Counted from the stretch's first letter, positions 24,201 to 34,707 are shown. The stretch: DNA of 64,000 nt from Acutalibacteraceae bacterium (GCA_045535295.1 JAZSLI010000014.1:55613-119612); one strand, 5' to 3'. The notes: generated by a model not told the origin, from the sequence alone. Numbers and translations: made by a program.

Positions 24201-24861
24201 ATTTTTCAACAACCTCACCGAATTTTTTATAAATGCTATTTTCGGCGACATAACCCCTAACGGAAGAAAGGGGATAGATATTGGTGTTTTTACCAACAAC
24301 TGTACCGGGGTTAAGAACAGAACCGCAGCCAACCTCAACTCCGTCACCAATAATAGCGCCGAATTTTTTAAGACCTGTTTCTATTTTAAGGTCACCCATT
24401 TTAACGGTAACAAGAGTTTTATCGGATTTAACATTTGAAGTTATCGACCCTGCACCCATATGCGATTTTGTTCCTAAAATGGAATCACCAACATAATTGT
24501 AATGGGGAACCTGAACTGTATCAATTAAAACAACATTTTTAAGCTCGGTTGAGTTTCCGACAACGCAATTAGGGCCAACAAAGGCGTTGCCTCTAATAAA
24601 AGCACAGTGGCGAACCTCTGCATCCTCACAGATAATGCAGGGTCCATTAATAAAAGCGGTAGGAGCAATTTTTGCTGATTTTGCAATCCAAATATTTTCG
24701 CCTTTTTGCTCGAAAATTGTGCCATCAAGGGTTGGACCTAAGACCTTAATAAAGTCACCTATTTTTGCTAATGCTTCATAAGGATATTTAACGCCTTCAA
24801 ATAATGGCGCAGCAAGTTTATTTTCGAGATTAAAAAGATTAGTGGTTAAAATTCTATTCAT
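24190..24861 (-). CDS. Left-handed beta-helix (hexapeptide repeat) protein, similar to the GlmU C-terminal acyltransferase domain
   Basis: Hexapeptide-type [LIV]-G-x-x-x-x turns recur through the C-terminal two thirds, for example VGPNCVVGNSTELKNVVL and IGDGVEVGCGSVLNPGTVVG. Confidence 0.6.
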   Translation of the reverse strand: MNRILTTNLFNLENKLAAPLFEGVKYPYEALAKIGDFIKVLGPTLDGTIFEQKGENIWIAKSAKIAPTAFINGPCIICEDAEVRHCAFIRGNAFVGPNCVVGNSTELKNVVLIDTVQVPHYNYVGDSILGTKSHMGAGSITSNVKSDKTLVTVKMGDLKIETGLKKFGAIIGDGVEVGCGSVLNPGTVVGKNTNIYPLSSVRGYVAENSIYKKFGEVVEKYDA

Positions 24862-24981
24862 AATATCATACCTTTTATATATTTTTTATTAATTATACCA
24901 TTATGCTAAAATATTTTCAATATAACTATTGTAAATTTTTTTAGTTTGTGTTAAAATTGTTTTGTAATTAGTTTACTATTT

Positions 24982-25117
24982 GCGTATCGGAGTGTGCGAA
25001 TGGGCGGGTCCTGTGCGACGGGATGCCACGAACCATGTCAGGCGGGGAACCGAGCAGCATTAAGTGGTTTTTTTCGTGCGCCGCAGTAAATCGGTTCATT
25101 CGTACACTCGGGTGCGC
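24982..25117 (+). ncRNA. ffs: Signal recognition particle RNA (small 4.5S-like form)
   Basis: The domain IV core GTCAGGCGG-GGAA-CCGAGCAGC is present, with a GNRA loop and AGCAGC. A long closing helix forms between gcgtatcggagtgtgcgaatg and cattcgtacactcgggtgcgc. The gene is followed by a T-rich run and keeps the conserved position just upstream of dnaX. Confidence 0.8.
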
Positions 25118-25145
25118 AATTTATTTTATTTTACGAGGTGAAATA

Positions 25146-26744
25146 ATGGCTTATCAAGCTCTGTATCGTAAATATCGACCTCAAACATTTTCACAGGTTG
25201 TGGGTCAGGAGCATATTACTGTTACTCTTAAAAATCAATTAGCAGAAGGTAAAACGGTTCACGCTTATTTATTTACCGGAACAAGAGGAACAGGCAAAAC
25301 GAGCTGCGCTAAAATTTTGGCGAAGGCTATAAATTGCACCCATTCTCAAAACGGTGACCCCTGCTTAGAATGTGATATCTGCACGGCAATTACGAATGGT
25401 GAGAACACCGATATCGTTGAAATTGATGCTGCCTCGAATAATAGTGTTGATAGTATTAGAGATTTAAGAGACCTTGTTAATTTTTCTCCAGCCAACTCAA
25501 AATATAGGGTTTATATAATTGACGAGGTGCATATGCTTTCTATTGGTGCTTTTAATGCATTGCTTAAAACATTAGAAGAACCGCCTGATCACGTTGTGTT
25601 CATTTTAGCAACAACTGAGGTTCATAAGCTTCCCGCAACTATTTTATCTCGTTGTCAACGCTTTGATTTTAGAAGAATTGAAAGTGATAAAATTTGTGAG
25701 AGACTGCAAGAAATTTCTAAAAATGAAGGTTTAACACTTACAAATGATGCCGCAGTTTTAATAGCCGCCGCTGCTGATGGCGGAATGCGAGATGCGTTAT
25801 CTATTCTTGATTTGTGTGCTTCAAGTAACAAAAATATTGATGAGCAAACGGTTGAACAGGTTTGTGCAATGGCGGGTAATGATTATCTCGTTGAAATGTG
25901 CGAACATATTAAGAACCGTGATACCGAGAAGGCTATAATGCTTATCGACCGTTTGCATGCTTCATCTGTTGATATGCAAAGACTTCTTTCGGAGCTCACC
26001 TCACATTATAGAGATTTAATGATTTTCAAAACTGTTAAAAGCAAGAAGAAGCCAATTGTTTGCTCGAATAAAAGAGCTGAGGCGCTTGCTAATCAAGTTT
26101 CGGATTATGATATTAAGGATATAATGTTTGCGCTATCTGTTTTGCAGTCCTGTGTTTTAGATATGCAAACCGGTAACCGCCGAGCTATAATGGAAATGGC
26201 AGTAATAAGACTTTGCGAACCAAGACTTTCGGTTGATATTGATTCACTTGAAAAAAGAATTTCAATGATCGAGGATGCCCTAAAAAAAGGAATAGTACCT
26301 GCAAAGATAAAGCAAAGCAAGGAAGCACCAAAAGAAATTTCCGAAACTATACAAGCCGAATCGGAAAATCCGCCGCCCGAAGCACCCGATTCTTCGGTTG
26401 CAGAAAAAAACCATAAAACAACTTTGAATGTTGTTGCCGAGGTTGAGTCTTGGCCACAAATTATGACGGTTTTAAGCACCACATGTCCTGCAATTCACGG
26501 TGTGCTAAATGGATCAAAGGCATATATCAAGGGCGATTATCTTTTAATAGATGCACCAAATTCAATGTTCCGTTCATTTATTAATAAGGACACGGGAAAT
26601 TATAAAAATTATATTAGAAAAGCGGCAGAGGAGATTTTGGGACGAACCTACAAACTTGGTCCGTATACACCCTCTAAGGTTGAAGACCAAACCGATGAGC
26701 TTGCAATTCTTGCCGAAAAGCTTAAAAATCTTGAAATTAACTAA
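25146..26744 (+). CDS. dnaX: DNA polymerase III subunits gamma/tau
   Basis: The N-terminus is YRKYRPQTFSQVVGQEH, Walker A is GTRGTGKTS, a zinc module is present (CLECDIC), and the SRC motif is present. I prefer the ATG at 25146, because the ORF-track start runs through the SRP RNA. Confidence 0.95.
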   Translation: MAYQALYRKYRPQTFSQVVGQEHITVTLKNQLAEGKTVHAYLFTGTRGTGKTSCAKILAKAINCTHSQNGDPCLECDICTAITNGENTDIVEIDAASNNSVDSIRDLRDLVNFSPANSKYRVYIIDEVHMLSIGAFNALLKTLEEPPDHVVFILATTEVHKLPATILSRCQRFDFRRIESDKICERLQEISKNEGLTLTNDAAVLIAAAADGGMRDALSILDLCASSNKNIDEQTVEQVCAMAGNDYLVEMCEHIKNRDTEKAIMLIDRLHASSVDMQRLLSELTSHYRDLMIFKTVKSKKKPIVCSNKRAEALANQVSDYDIKDIMFALSVLQSCVLDMQTGNRRAIMEMAVIRLCEPRLSVDIDSLEKRISMIEDALKKGIVPAKIKQSKEAPKEISETIQAESENPPPEAPDSSVAEKNHKTTLNVVAEVESWPQIMTVLSTTCPAIHGVLNGSKAYIKGDYLLIDAPNSMFRSFINKDTGNYKNYIRKAAEEILGRTYKLGPYTPSKVEDQTDELAILAEKLKNLEIN

Positions 26745-26761
26745 GGAAATGGTGAAAGAAT

Positions 26762-27103
26762 ATGAAGGTTAGAATTCCTAATTCAAATCCTACGGGAAAT
26801 ATGAATCAAATGCTCAAAACTGCACAAAAAATGCAAGAGGATATGGCTGCATTACAGGCCGATTTGGAGCAAAGAGAGTTTACTGCTGTTTCAGGCGGCG
26901 GAATGGTTGAGGTTACGGTTGATGGCAAGCATTTCATCAAATCAATAAAAATCAACCCAGACGCTGTTGACCCCGATGATGCAGAGATGCTTGAAGACCT
27001 TGTTACAGTTGCAGTTAATGATGCTATTTCACAAGCAATTAAAACCTCTGAGGAAGAAATGGGAGCTATTACGGGTGGATTTAATATGCCCGGAATGTTT
27101 TAA
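26762..27103 (+). CDS. ybaB: Nucleoid-associated protein YbaB/EbfC
   Basis: The protein is about 110 aa and has MQEDMAALQADLEQREFTAVSGGGMVEVTVDG. It sits in dnaX-ybaB-recR synteny. Confidence 0.9.
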   Translation: MKVRIPNSNPTGNMNQMLKTAQKMQEDMAALQADLEQREFTAVSGGGMVEVTVDGKHFIKSIKINPDAVDPDDAEMLEDLVTVAVNDAISQAIKTSEEEMGAITGGFNMPGMF

Positions 27104-27108
27104 AAACT

Positions 27109-27708
27109 ATGGTTAATAATATTATACCCCTAACCGAGCTAATTTCTCAATTTGAAAGATTACCCGGTATTGGTAAAAAAACTGCCCAAAGACTTGCTTT
27201 CAGTATTTTGGAGCAACCGCCCGAGAGAGCAGAAAAATTTGCCGAGGCACTTGTTAACGCACGCCGCAAGGTACATTTTTGTAAAACTTGTCAAGCCTTT
27301 ACCGATAGAGAGATTTGTGCTGTTTGTGATGATGCTACCCGTGATAAATCAACAATTTGTGTTGTTTCTGAGCCAAAGGATGTTATGGCATTAGAGCGAA
27401 CACGGGAATATAAGGGACAATATCACGTTTTACACGGTGTTATTTCACCGCTTGATAATATTGGTCCGGATCAGTTAAAAATCAAAGAATTAATGACAAG
27501 ACTTTCTTCCAAGAATATTAAAGAGCTTATAATGGCAACTAATCCAACCGTTGAGGGTGAAGCCACCGCAAGCTATATTTCAAGGCTTGTGAAACCAATG
27601 GGAATTAAGGTTACTCGTTTGGCTTACGGTATACCGGTTGGTGCAGAGCTTGAATATGCCGATGAATTTACATTGGCTCGTGCACTTGAAGGCCGAAATG
27701 AAATTTAG
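27109..27708 (+). CDS. recR: Recombination protein RecR
   Basis: The HhH motif is LPGIGKKTAQRLAF, a C4 zinc finger is present (CKTC...CAVC), and there is a Toprim domain. Confidence 0.95.
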   Translation: MVNNIIPLTELISQFERLPGIGKKTAQRLAFSILEQPPERAEKFAEALVNARRKVHFCKTCQAFTDREICAVCDDATRDKSTICVVSEPKDVMALERTREYKGQYHVLHGVISPLDNIGPDQLKIKELMTRLSSKNIKELIMATNPTVEGEATASYISRLVKPMGIKVTRLAYGIPVGAELEYADEFTLARALEGRNEI

Positions 27709-27717
27709 GTGAAATTG

Positions 27718-27951
27718 ATGATACAAGAAAAAATTGATAGAATCAACGAGCTTGCGAGAAAGAAAAAAACGCTTGGACTTACCGATGAAGAGGTAAAAGA
27801 GCAGGCTATTTTAAGAAGAGAATATATCGAAAGCTATAAAGCCTCCTTGGTGGCTCAACTGGAAAATACATATATTGTTGAACAGGATGGTACCAAGAGA
27901 AAGCTCAAATCAAAGGCTAACATCGCAACTCAACCAAGTAAAGAAAACTAA
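27718..27951 (+). CDS. DUF896 (YnzC/UPF0291) family protein
   Basis: KIDRINELARKKKTLGLTDEEVKEQAILRREYIE is the typical DUF896 signature. Confidence 0.7.
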   Translation: MIQEKIDRINELARKKKTLGLTDEEVKEQAILRREYIESYKASLVAQLENTYIVEQDGTKRKLKSKANIATQPSKEN

Positions 27952-27976
27952 AATTTTAGAAAGGGAACCAATTATT

Positions 27977-30900
27977 ATGAAATCAAAACACACTCTTTTA
28001 AGCAAACTATTATCCTTCGTTTTAGCGCTAACGGTTCTTTTGGGCGTTATGCCTATTATGAGCCTTTCGGCAGACGAAGATTCAACCAGCATAGCGGATC
28101 CAAAAACCATTGATAACTGGCAGTATTGGTTCTCTAAAGAGAGCAGTCGTTATGCGGGCGGTATTTTCATTGATAAATCCGTTTATACCGCAAAAGAGGC
28201 TGTTGCACCAAACAGTTATTTCTACGATATTGCAAATAAGCTCAAATTCGGCAAGGATAATTTTGGTAACGATAACTTTATGGTTTCCTTGTCAGCAGTT
28301 GGTTCAACAACCCAGATAACTGGAAAAACATCAGTTCCTGCTGATACTGTGTTTATTCTTGATTTATCGGCTTCAATGTCTAACGATGAAGTAACAACCA
28401 TGATAAGAGCAACCAACCGAGCTATCACAGAATTACTTGAAAATCCTGATAGCCGAGTTAGTGTTGTGCTTTATTCGGGAAATAGCACAACTTCAAATAA
28501 CGCAACGCTCAATAACGCTACTGTTATTCTGCCGCTTAATCGTTACACAACCACAATTTCTATAACTGAAACCGACTGGGTAAATGTGGATGGCGATTGG
28601 CAAAGACAGGAATTAACCTATGATAGCTTTTTATCCTATACCAATAGCAGCGTATCAGTTTCCGCTCGGTATAGTGGCAATGGAAACAACCGCAGACAAA
28701 CGGGCGGTGTTAAGGTTGAAGGCGAGCAGGACTATGTAAGCGGCTCAAAGGCTAAAAACGGCGGTACATATACACAAGCAGGTCTTTGGAAGGCTTATGG
28801 TCAATTTCCAATGGGCGATGAAACCAAAACCGCATCGGGCACACAACGTAAGCCTATTGTTGTTTTAATGACTGATGGTGCGCCTACAATTGCAACAACA
28901 AATTATAATAACATTGCTAATTCAAATGTTGGTGATGGTAGGAATACCAATGCTGAAACGAGCTTTTTGGTTCAAATGACCGCTGCTTGGGTTAAGGCAA
29001 ATTTAAAAATTAAATATAATGGTGTAGACCCATTATTCTATACATTAGGCTTGGGTGTTGGTAACGATAGTAATGCAGTTGGTGTTTTGAACCCTGCGGC
29101 TGCAGCTAACCCCTCAGCTGAATATTGGACTGATTTTTCTACCGATGGAAAAGTTTCAAACATTTCTTTTTCCTCTGCTGCAAGCGGCGCAACCGGAACC
29201 GGACCAATATCGGGCGACCAATCTATAATTTTGAGAAACTATGTTGATAAGTACTATTCAGCAGCCGATGCTGATGAGCTTTCACAAATGTTTGACTCTA
29301 TTGTTGAGGATATCGGCTCTAAGTTGAAAAACTACCCAACCCTTATTGAGAGTGGTAATCCAACACAGGACGGATATATTTCCTTTACCGATGAAATTGG
29401 TAGATATATGGAGGTTAAGAATGTTAAGGGTATTCATATTGGCGAGGGCAGCTTAGTAACGGGCGGAATGTTCTCTCAATATCTTACCGAAGGTAAAATC
29501 GGCAATGTAACAACAGGTCAGCTCACAGAACTTGGTGTCACCCTTATTGATGCGTTGAAGAGTCGTTTTGATATTTCTGAAAGTCAAGCCTTACAACTAT
29601 TAAATAGCGCAATTAACAATAATTATATTTATTTTAACAATGCAAATGATTTTTCAAACTATGTTGTTTGGTATGCTGATGAGGATAATAATTTTATAGC
29701 TCCATATAGTAGAGCAATTACCACTGCACCACAAAATGCAAAATATAAGGTAAAATCGTATTTATATTTGGGTAGTGTTTCGGATGAGAGCGGTACTGAT
29801 ACCGATATGCTTTATATTCTTATTCGTGTTAGAGAGGATTTAGAAACCGGCATCCAAATAGTTGATGCTAACCTACCTGCATCGCTTTTACCTCTTGTTA
29901 TATATACGATAGAGCTTAATGGTACTTCTTTAACAGATAGTACAGTTAAGAGTATGACAAATAATATTGATGATATTCATCCTGCTTGTTTGCTTTTCGA
30001 GGTTGGACTTAAAGATACAATTAATCGTTATAATATTGATGAAATAGTTAAAAACTATCCTAAAAATGCTGACGGCACCTATCATTTCTATACAAACAGA
30101 TGGAAATCCGATAATAATGTTGCATTTACTGTGCCAAATGAGGCCAATTTACCTTCGGGAATTTATGAGCATGGTCTAATTGGTTCTACCGAGGCTCATT
30201 TCCATCCCGCACTTACAAATCGCCGCTATTATTATACAGAGGACACGACCGTGTATTATAAGGATGGTGAGGATTACAAGGTTTATAATGGCAACACAAA
30301 TCCCTCGGGTGACGGATACTATCACATTTATTCTTGGGTCGTTACGGAAAATAACACAACTAAGGTTGAATCTATTTATAACCCAATTTTAACCGATGCT
30401 TTATCAAAGGCACAAAAAACCGCAAACGGTTGGATAATTCCAGCAAATACGCCTAAACGCTATTTTGGTGAGGTTGCAGTTAATCCTCACGAAAATCATA
30501 CCGACAAGACTGCTAATACAACGGAAACACTTGGTTGGTCGGTTCATCCCGCAAGTTCCTATGAAACCTCGGGAACAGCACAAGGTTATCACATATTTAG
30601 TTACCTTGGAAATAACGGTAGAATAACAGTTTCTCCAACACAGGGTATAAGACTTTCAAAAACTATTGCCGAAAATGTAGATAATGCTCCAACACAGTTT
30701 AAGTTTAATATTACTTTATCGGTTGATGGCACATTTGATTATCGCTTGATTAAGGCTGATGGCACTTATACCGATGGAACATGTTCAACCAATAATAAGG
30801 TGTTATCAGTAACCTTGAGTGATGGTGAGACGGTTTACATTGCCGATATTCCCGCTAATACTACATATACTGTTGAAGAGGAATATACTGCTGAGTATGT

Positions 30901-33895
30901 TGGCAATTCAACTAATCAAACGGGTACGATTAGTGCCGGCAAGTTTGAGCTTGTTGATTTTGTAAATTCACCAAGAGGTGCGGGTTCCTTGCGTGTTAGC
31001 AAGGATGTAACCCATCCTTTCCAAACAACCGCAATACCTGATGCACTTTTAAATGAAGAATTTAATGTTACTGTAGCCTTTACAGGCGAGACAACCGCTC
31101 TTGCAAAAATAACTGCTACTGACGGTACAAATGCTATAACCTCAAATGATGGAGGCAAAACCTTCTCATTTAAGTTAAAGGATAATGGAGATGTTTTATT
31201 CTCCAACATTGCGGAGGGTGTTACCTATAAGGTGGAGGAGAATATAGCTGCTTCGCAGGTTGGATATACTCTTGATACTTTAAAAACAAGTGGCCTTGAA
31301 GGAAGTATTTTAAAGGATACCCAAAGCCATGCTCATATTGTTAATAAATATGAGTTTAGCAAGGTTAAGGATTTCGAGATTAAAGTTAGCGGTACAAAAA
31401 CCGTAATAGGAACTAATTCTTTGGCTTGGAATAATGAAACATTCCAAATAGCTCTTTATATGATTGATCTTGCAAGCGGTAATCATAATCAAATAGGCGC
31501 CATTCAAACTGTTTCAAAGAGTAATACGAATTACAAATTTGTTATTGATGAAAATATTCTTGATTTAGATAAGATAGGAACTTATCATTTCCATATTGTT
31601 GAAATTATTCCTGACACACCTGTTCCAAATATGGCTTATGATGAGTCGGTTGGCGGCTTTAATGTAACTGTTGACGATTCTGATGCTGACGGTTATCTTG
31701 AAATCACATCGGTTACATCTCCGGTTGGAAATACCGTAACCGATGCGAGCGATAATAATATTAATACATATAATGTTGTTAAGAATTTTGAAAATGTTTT
31801 CAATTCTGCAAATGTTCATATTCCTGTTGAAAAGAGAATTGTTGATGGAGCAGGAAACCCTGTAACAAGCATTAGTAAGGTTGGTTTTGTATTCGGTTTA
31901 TATGACGGAAATACATTGCTTCATACTGCGGCTACCAATGAAAATGGTATTGCAACCTTTGCGGTTCCTATTTCAAAGGGTGAGGAATTTAGCTACACAA
32001 TAAAGGAAATTGTGCCAAATATCGAAACTGCAATAGTTGGTATGACCTATAACACAACCACAAGCTATACCGCAAATATTAAGTGGGATAATTCTAAAAC
32101 AGAGCCTGAATATTCGGTAGCTAATGTTAATGGAACACCTGTTATAACTAATACCTATAATAGCAATATGACTACACCTGAAATCACATTAAGCGGTATA
32201 AAAACCCTTAATGGCGGTAATTTGAGAAATGGTGATACATTCAGCTTTGAACTTTATGAAACCGATGCAGATTTCAATCTTAGCGGTCATTCGGTTTTAC
32301 AAACTAAATCGGTTAATGCTACTAACAACAGTATCACATTTAGTTCTTTAAGCTTTTCAACAACCGGCACAAAGTATCTCGTAATAAGAGAGAAAAATGG
32401 CGGCGAGGTTATTGATGGTGTATCTTATGACGTTACTGAATATCATATTATTGTTGAGGTTATAAAAGAATTTAACGGTGATTCGGTAGTGCTTAAAAAC
32501 GATAAGGTAATTGTTCATAAGTCGGGCGCTGCTAATGTTGAAACCGATGAAATCAACTTTAATAATACATACACAATTAGTGACGTTGAGCAGGTTATTT
32601 TGAAGGGCAAAAAGAGCATAACCGGTAGAACTCTTATTGCTAATGGCTTTGAGTTTGGTCTTTTCGATGAACAAGGTGGATTAATTGAAAAGGTTAAAAA
32701 TGCAGCAGATGGCACATTTGCTTTCTCGCAGCTTCATTTTAATGCTATTGGCACATATACTTATAAAATTAAGGAAATAATTCCTAATAATGCGGTTAAT
32801 GGCATTTTAGACGGGGTTACTTATGATGATACCGAATATACTGTTACTATCACTCTTACAGATGACCAAAAGGGTGGCCTTAATAAGTCTGTAAAGGTTA
32901 ATAATTCTGATTATAACGATTCGGTAATCACCTTTGTTAATGAGTATAATGCAAAGAGCACATCAATTTCATTCACTGGAACCAAAACATTATTAGGTCG
33001 TGACTTTAAGGATACCGATAGATTCTATTTTGAATTATATTCGGCAGATGAAAGCTTTGCAATTACCTCTACAACACCGCTAAAAACAGCAACTGCTGAT
33101 GTTAAGCAGAGTGGCAATAAGAGTGAGTTTGAAATAAATGTTGAGTATGAAATAAATAATATCGGAACTCATAGATATGTTCTTTTAGAAAAAATCCCAA
33201 CAACCAATAAGATGGGAATCGGTTACGATGCTAATGAATATCATATAACCGTTTTGGCTATTGATAACGGCAAGGGATCTATTGTTGCTAATGTCCAAAG
33301 CATTGTTCACACAGGCGATGATACTCATCCAAAAGCAGATTCACTTAATTTCACAAATATTTATAAGCCCGCTGCCGCCTCACACATAATTCCTGCTAAA
33401 AAGGTATTAGAGGGCAAAGCACTTACAGCAGATGAGTTTATCTTTGAACTTTATGAGGCAGACAATAGCGGCAATAAAACGAATCTTCTTGCAACCGCAA
33501 AGAACGATGTTAATGGCGATATAGACTTCAATTATGAACTGTTATTCGAAAAAGAGGGAACTTATAAGTATGTTATAATTGAAAAGAACACTGGTACCGC
33601 TAATGTTATTTTTGATGACAGCGTTTTTGTTGCTACCATTGAGGTTAAGGATGATACAAATGGTGAACTTTACATATACGAAATCACCTACACAAAGAAC
33701 GGTGATCAAGTGCAAGGTGTCGAGTTTACTAATACCTATAAAGAACCCGATCCAATACCTGAGCCACCTGTTCAACCTGAGATACCTCAAACAGGGGATA
33801 AAACACATCTTAATTTGTGGTTAGCTCTTTACTTTATTTCAGGTGGAGGTCTTTTAGGTTTATTCTTTCTTAAAAAAAGAGCAAAAGGTAAATAG
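27977..33895 (+). CDS. Cell-wall-anchored adhesin: signal peptide, vWA domain with MIDAS motif, multiple pilin-type isopeptide/CnaB-like Ig domains, C-terminal sorting signal
   Basis: I prefer the start MKSKHTLLSKLLSFVLALTVLLG at 27977. The MIDAS motif is DLSASMS, with TDGAPT further on. Repeats of the form G-x-K-x-L-x-G-x-x-L-x-x-x-x-F-x-F-x-L-Y recur. The C-terminus has IPQTGD, a hydrophobic helix and KKRAKGK. Confidence 0.85.
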   Translation: MKSKHTLLSKLLSFVLALTVLLGVMPIMSLSADEDSTSIADPKTIDNWQYWFSKESSRYAGGIFIDKSVYTAKEAVAPNSYFYDIANKLKFGKDNFGNDNFMVSLSAVGSTTQITGKTSVPADTVFILDLSASMSNDEVTTMIRATNRAITELLENPDSRVSVVLYSGNSTTSNNATLNNATVILPLNRYTTTISITETDWVNVDGDWQRQELTYDSFLSYTNSSVSVSARYSGNGNNRRQTGGVKVEGEQDYVSGSKAKNGGTYTQAGLWKAYGQFPMGDETKTASGTQRKPIVVLMTDGAPTIATTNYNNIANSNVGDGRNTNAETSFLVQMTAAWVKANLKIKYNGVDPLFYTLGLGVGNDSNAVGVLNPAAAANPSAEYWTDFSTDGKVSNISFSSAASGATGTGPISGDQSIILRNYVDKYYSAADADELSQMFDSIVEDIGSKLKNYPTLIESGNPTQDGYISFTDEIGRYMEVKNVKGIHIGEGSLVTGGMFSQYLTEGKIGNVTTGQLTELGVTLIDALKSRFDISESQALQLLNSAINNNYIYFNNANDFSNYVVWYADEDNNFIAPYSRAITTAPQNAKYKVKSYLYLGSVSDESGTDTDMLYILIRVREDLETGIQIVDANLPASLLPLVIYTIELNGTSLTDSTVKSMTNNIDDIHPACLLFEVGLKDTINRYNIDEIVKNYPKNADGTYHFYTNRWKSDNNVAFTVPNEANLPSGIYEHGLIGSTEAHFHPALTNRRYYYTEDTTVYYKDGEDYKVYNGNTNPSGDGYYHIYSWVVTENNTTKVESIYNPILTDALSKAQKTANGWIIPANTPKRYFGEVAVNPHENHTDKTANTTETLGWSVHPASSYETSGTAQGYHIFSYLGNNGRITVSPTQGIRLSKTIAENVDNAPTQFKFNITLSVDGTFDYRLIKADGTYTDGTCSTNNKVLSVTLSDGETVYIADIPANTTYTVEEEYTAEYVGNSTNQTGTISAGKFELVDFVNSPRGAGSLRVSKDVTHPFQTTAIPDALLNEEFNVTVAFTGETTALAKITATDGTNAITSNDGGKTFSFKLKDNGDVLFSNIAEGVTYKVEENIAASQVGYTLDTLKTSGLEGSILKDTQSHAHIVNKYEFSKVKDFEIKVSGTKTVIGTNSLAWNNETFQIALYMIDLASGNHNQIGAIQTVSKSNTNYKFVIDENILDLDKIGTYHFHIVEIIPDTPVPNMAYDESVGGFNVTVDDSDADGYLEITSVTSPVGNTVTDASDNNINTYNVVKNFENVFNSANVHIPVEKRIVDGAGNPVTSISKVGFVFGLYDGNTLLHTAATNENGIATFAVPISKGEEFSYTIKEIVPNIETAIVGMTYNTTTSYTANIKWDNSKTEPEYSVANVNGTPVITNTYNSNMTTPEITLSGIKTLNGGNLRNGDTFSFELYETDADFNLSGHSVLQTKSVNATNNSITFSSLSFSTTGTKYLVIREKNGGEVIDGVSYDVTEYHIIVEVIKEFNGDSVVLKNDKVIVHKSGAANVETDEINFNNTYTISDVEQVILKGKKSITGRTLIANGFEFGLFDEQGGLIEKVKNAADGTFAFSQLHFNAIGTYTYKIKEIIPNNAVNGILDGVTYDDTEYTVTITLTDDQKGGLNKSVKVNNSDYNDSVITFVNEYNAKSTSISFTGTKTLLGRDFKDTDRFYFELYSADESFAITSTTPLKTATADVKQSGNKSEFEINVEYEINNIGTHRYVLLEKIPTTNKMGIGYDANEYHITVLAIDNGKGSIVANVQSIVHTGDDTHPKADSLNFTNIYKPAAASHIIPAKKVLEGKALTADEFIFELYEADNSGNKTNLLATAKNDVNGDIDFNYELLFEKEGTYKYVIIEKNTGTANVIFDDSVFVATIEVKDDTNGELYIYEITYTKNGDQVQGVEFTNTYKEPDPIPEPPVQPEIPQTGDKTHLNLWLALYFISGGGLLGLFFLKKRAKGK
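31370..33745 (+). repeat. Array of at least five diverged pilin-isopeptide-linker type domains within the adhesin gene
   Basis: The repeated openings are FEIKVSGTKTV..FQIALY, ITLSGIKTLNG..FSFELYETD, VILKGKKSITG..FEFGLFDEQ, ISFTGTKTLLG..FYFELYSAD and IPAKKVLEG..FIFELYEAD. Each is followed by a Y-x-[IL]-x-E motif. Confidence 0.75.
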
Positions 33896-33922
33896 ACTTG
33901 TTTTCTGATTTGCTAATCCTTT

Positions 33923-33952
33923 ACGGGCGCACTAATATGTGCGCCCGTTTTT
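33923..33952 (+). terminator. Rho-independent terminator of the adhesin gene
   Basis: A 10-bp G+C-rich stem (acgggcgcac / gtgcgcccgt) is followed by TTTT. Confidence 0.8.
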
Positions 33953-34022
33953 ATATTTCTTGTAATTTTTTTAATAATATGTTAAAATATTTTTGGTTTT
34001 AAAAGAGGGGAGACTTTGTTAA

Positions 34023-34595
34023 ATGGCAAATAGAATATTTATTGATGTGAACGAAGTAAAAAAATGCTGTTTTACAGGTTACAGACCCTCTAAAATGCCT
34101 TTTTTGTTAGATAGTAAAAATAAAGAATATAATAATTTTGAAAACGCACTTTTTAAAGAGCTGACTAATATAATTAACCTTGGCTGCACCACCTTTTATA
34201 CCGGTATGGCAATGGGCTTTGATATTATTGCGGCTGAGGCGGTGCTTCTTTTAAAAAAGATTAACTCTAACCAAAAGATTTCACTTGTTTGCGTTTTGCC
34301 TTTTGAAAACCAAGAAGAAAGCTTTTATAAGGAATGGAAGATTCGTTACTATAATGTTCTAAATGAATGTGATGAAAAAGTTGTTTTATCCCAGAATTAT
34401 TATAAAGGTTGCTATCAAAAAAGGAATATTTATATGGTGGATAATTCCGATTGTGTTCTCACTTGGTATGATGGAAAGGCGGGCGGAACCCGTAATACAC
34501 TTGACTATGCCGCAAAAAAACAAAGACATATTTTCAATGCCTATAAGGATGAAACTTATGAATTTGCACGACAAACTGCAATAGAAATACTATAA
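34023..34595 (+). CDS. DUF1273 (YpsA-like, SLOG superfamily) protein
   Basis: CCFTGYRPSKMPF is followed by GMAMGFDIIAAEAVLLLK and GGTRNTLDYA, which are characteristic of DUF1273. Confidence 0.65.
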   Translation: MANRIFIDVNEVKKCCFTGYRPSKMPFLLDSKNKEYNNFENALFKELTNIINLGCTTFYTGMAMGFDIIAAEAVLLLKKINSNQKISLVCVLPFENQEESFYKEWKIRYYNVLNECDEKVVLSQNYYKGCYQKRNIYMVDNSDCVLTWYDGKAGGTRNTLDYAAKKQRHIFNAYKDETYEFARQTAIEIL

Positions 34596-34650
34596 TTTTA
34601 AAAAACAGAGGATTTTCTTCTGTTTTTTTGCATTTTATGAGCCTTTTTAG

Positions 34651-34679
34651 TTGACAAGAGCGTATAAACGGCGTATAAT
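34651..34679 (+). promoter_or_regulatory. Consensus sigma-A promoter of the citrate synthase-aconitase-IDH cluster
   Basis: TTGACA (34651-34656) is followed by a 17-nt spacer and TATAAT (34674-34679). Confidence 0.6.
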
Positions 34680-34707
34680 TGTATACAGTTATGCAAGGAG
34701 TGATGAA

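Noticed and set aside
25023-25145. The 5' extension of the dnaX ORF (track start 25023).
   Set aside because: The extension is the SRP RNA gene, with its domain IV core and long closing helix. The canonical DnaX N-terminus (MAYQALYRKYRPQTF) begins at 25146.
27875-27976. The 5' extension of the adhesin ORF, overlapping the DUF896 gene.
   Set aside because: A typical signal peptide starts at the ATG at 27977, which has an RBS. The upstream part overlaps a well-supported gene in another frame.
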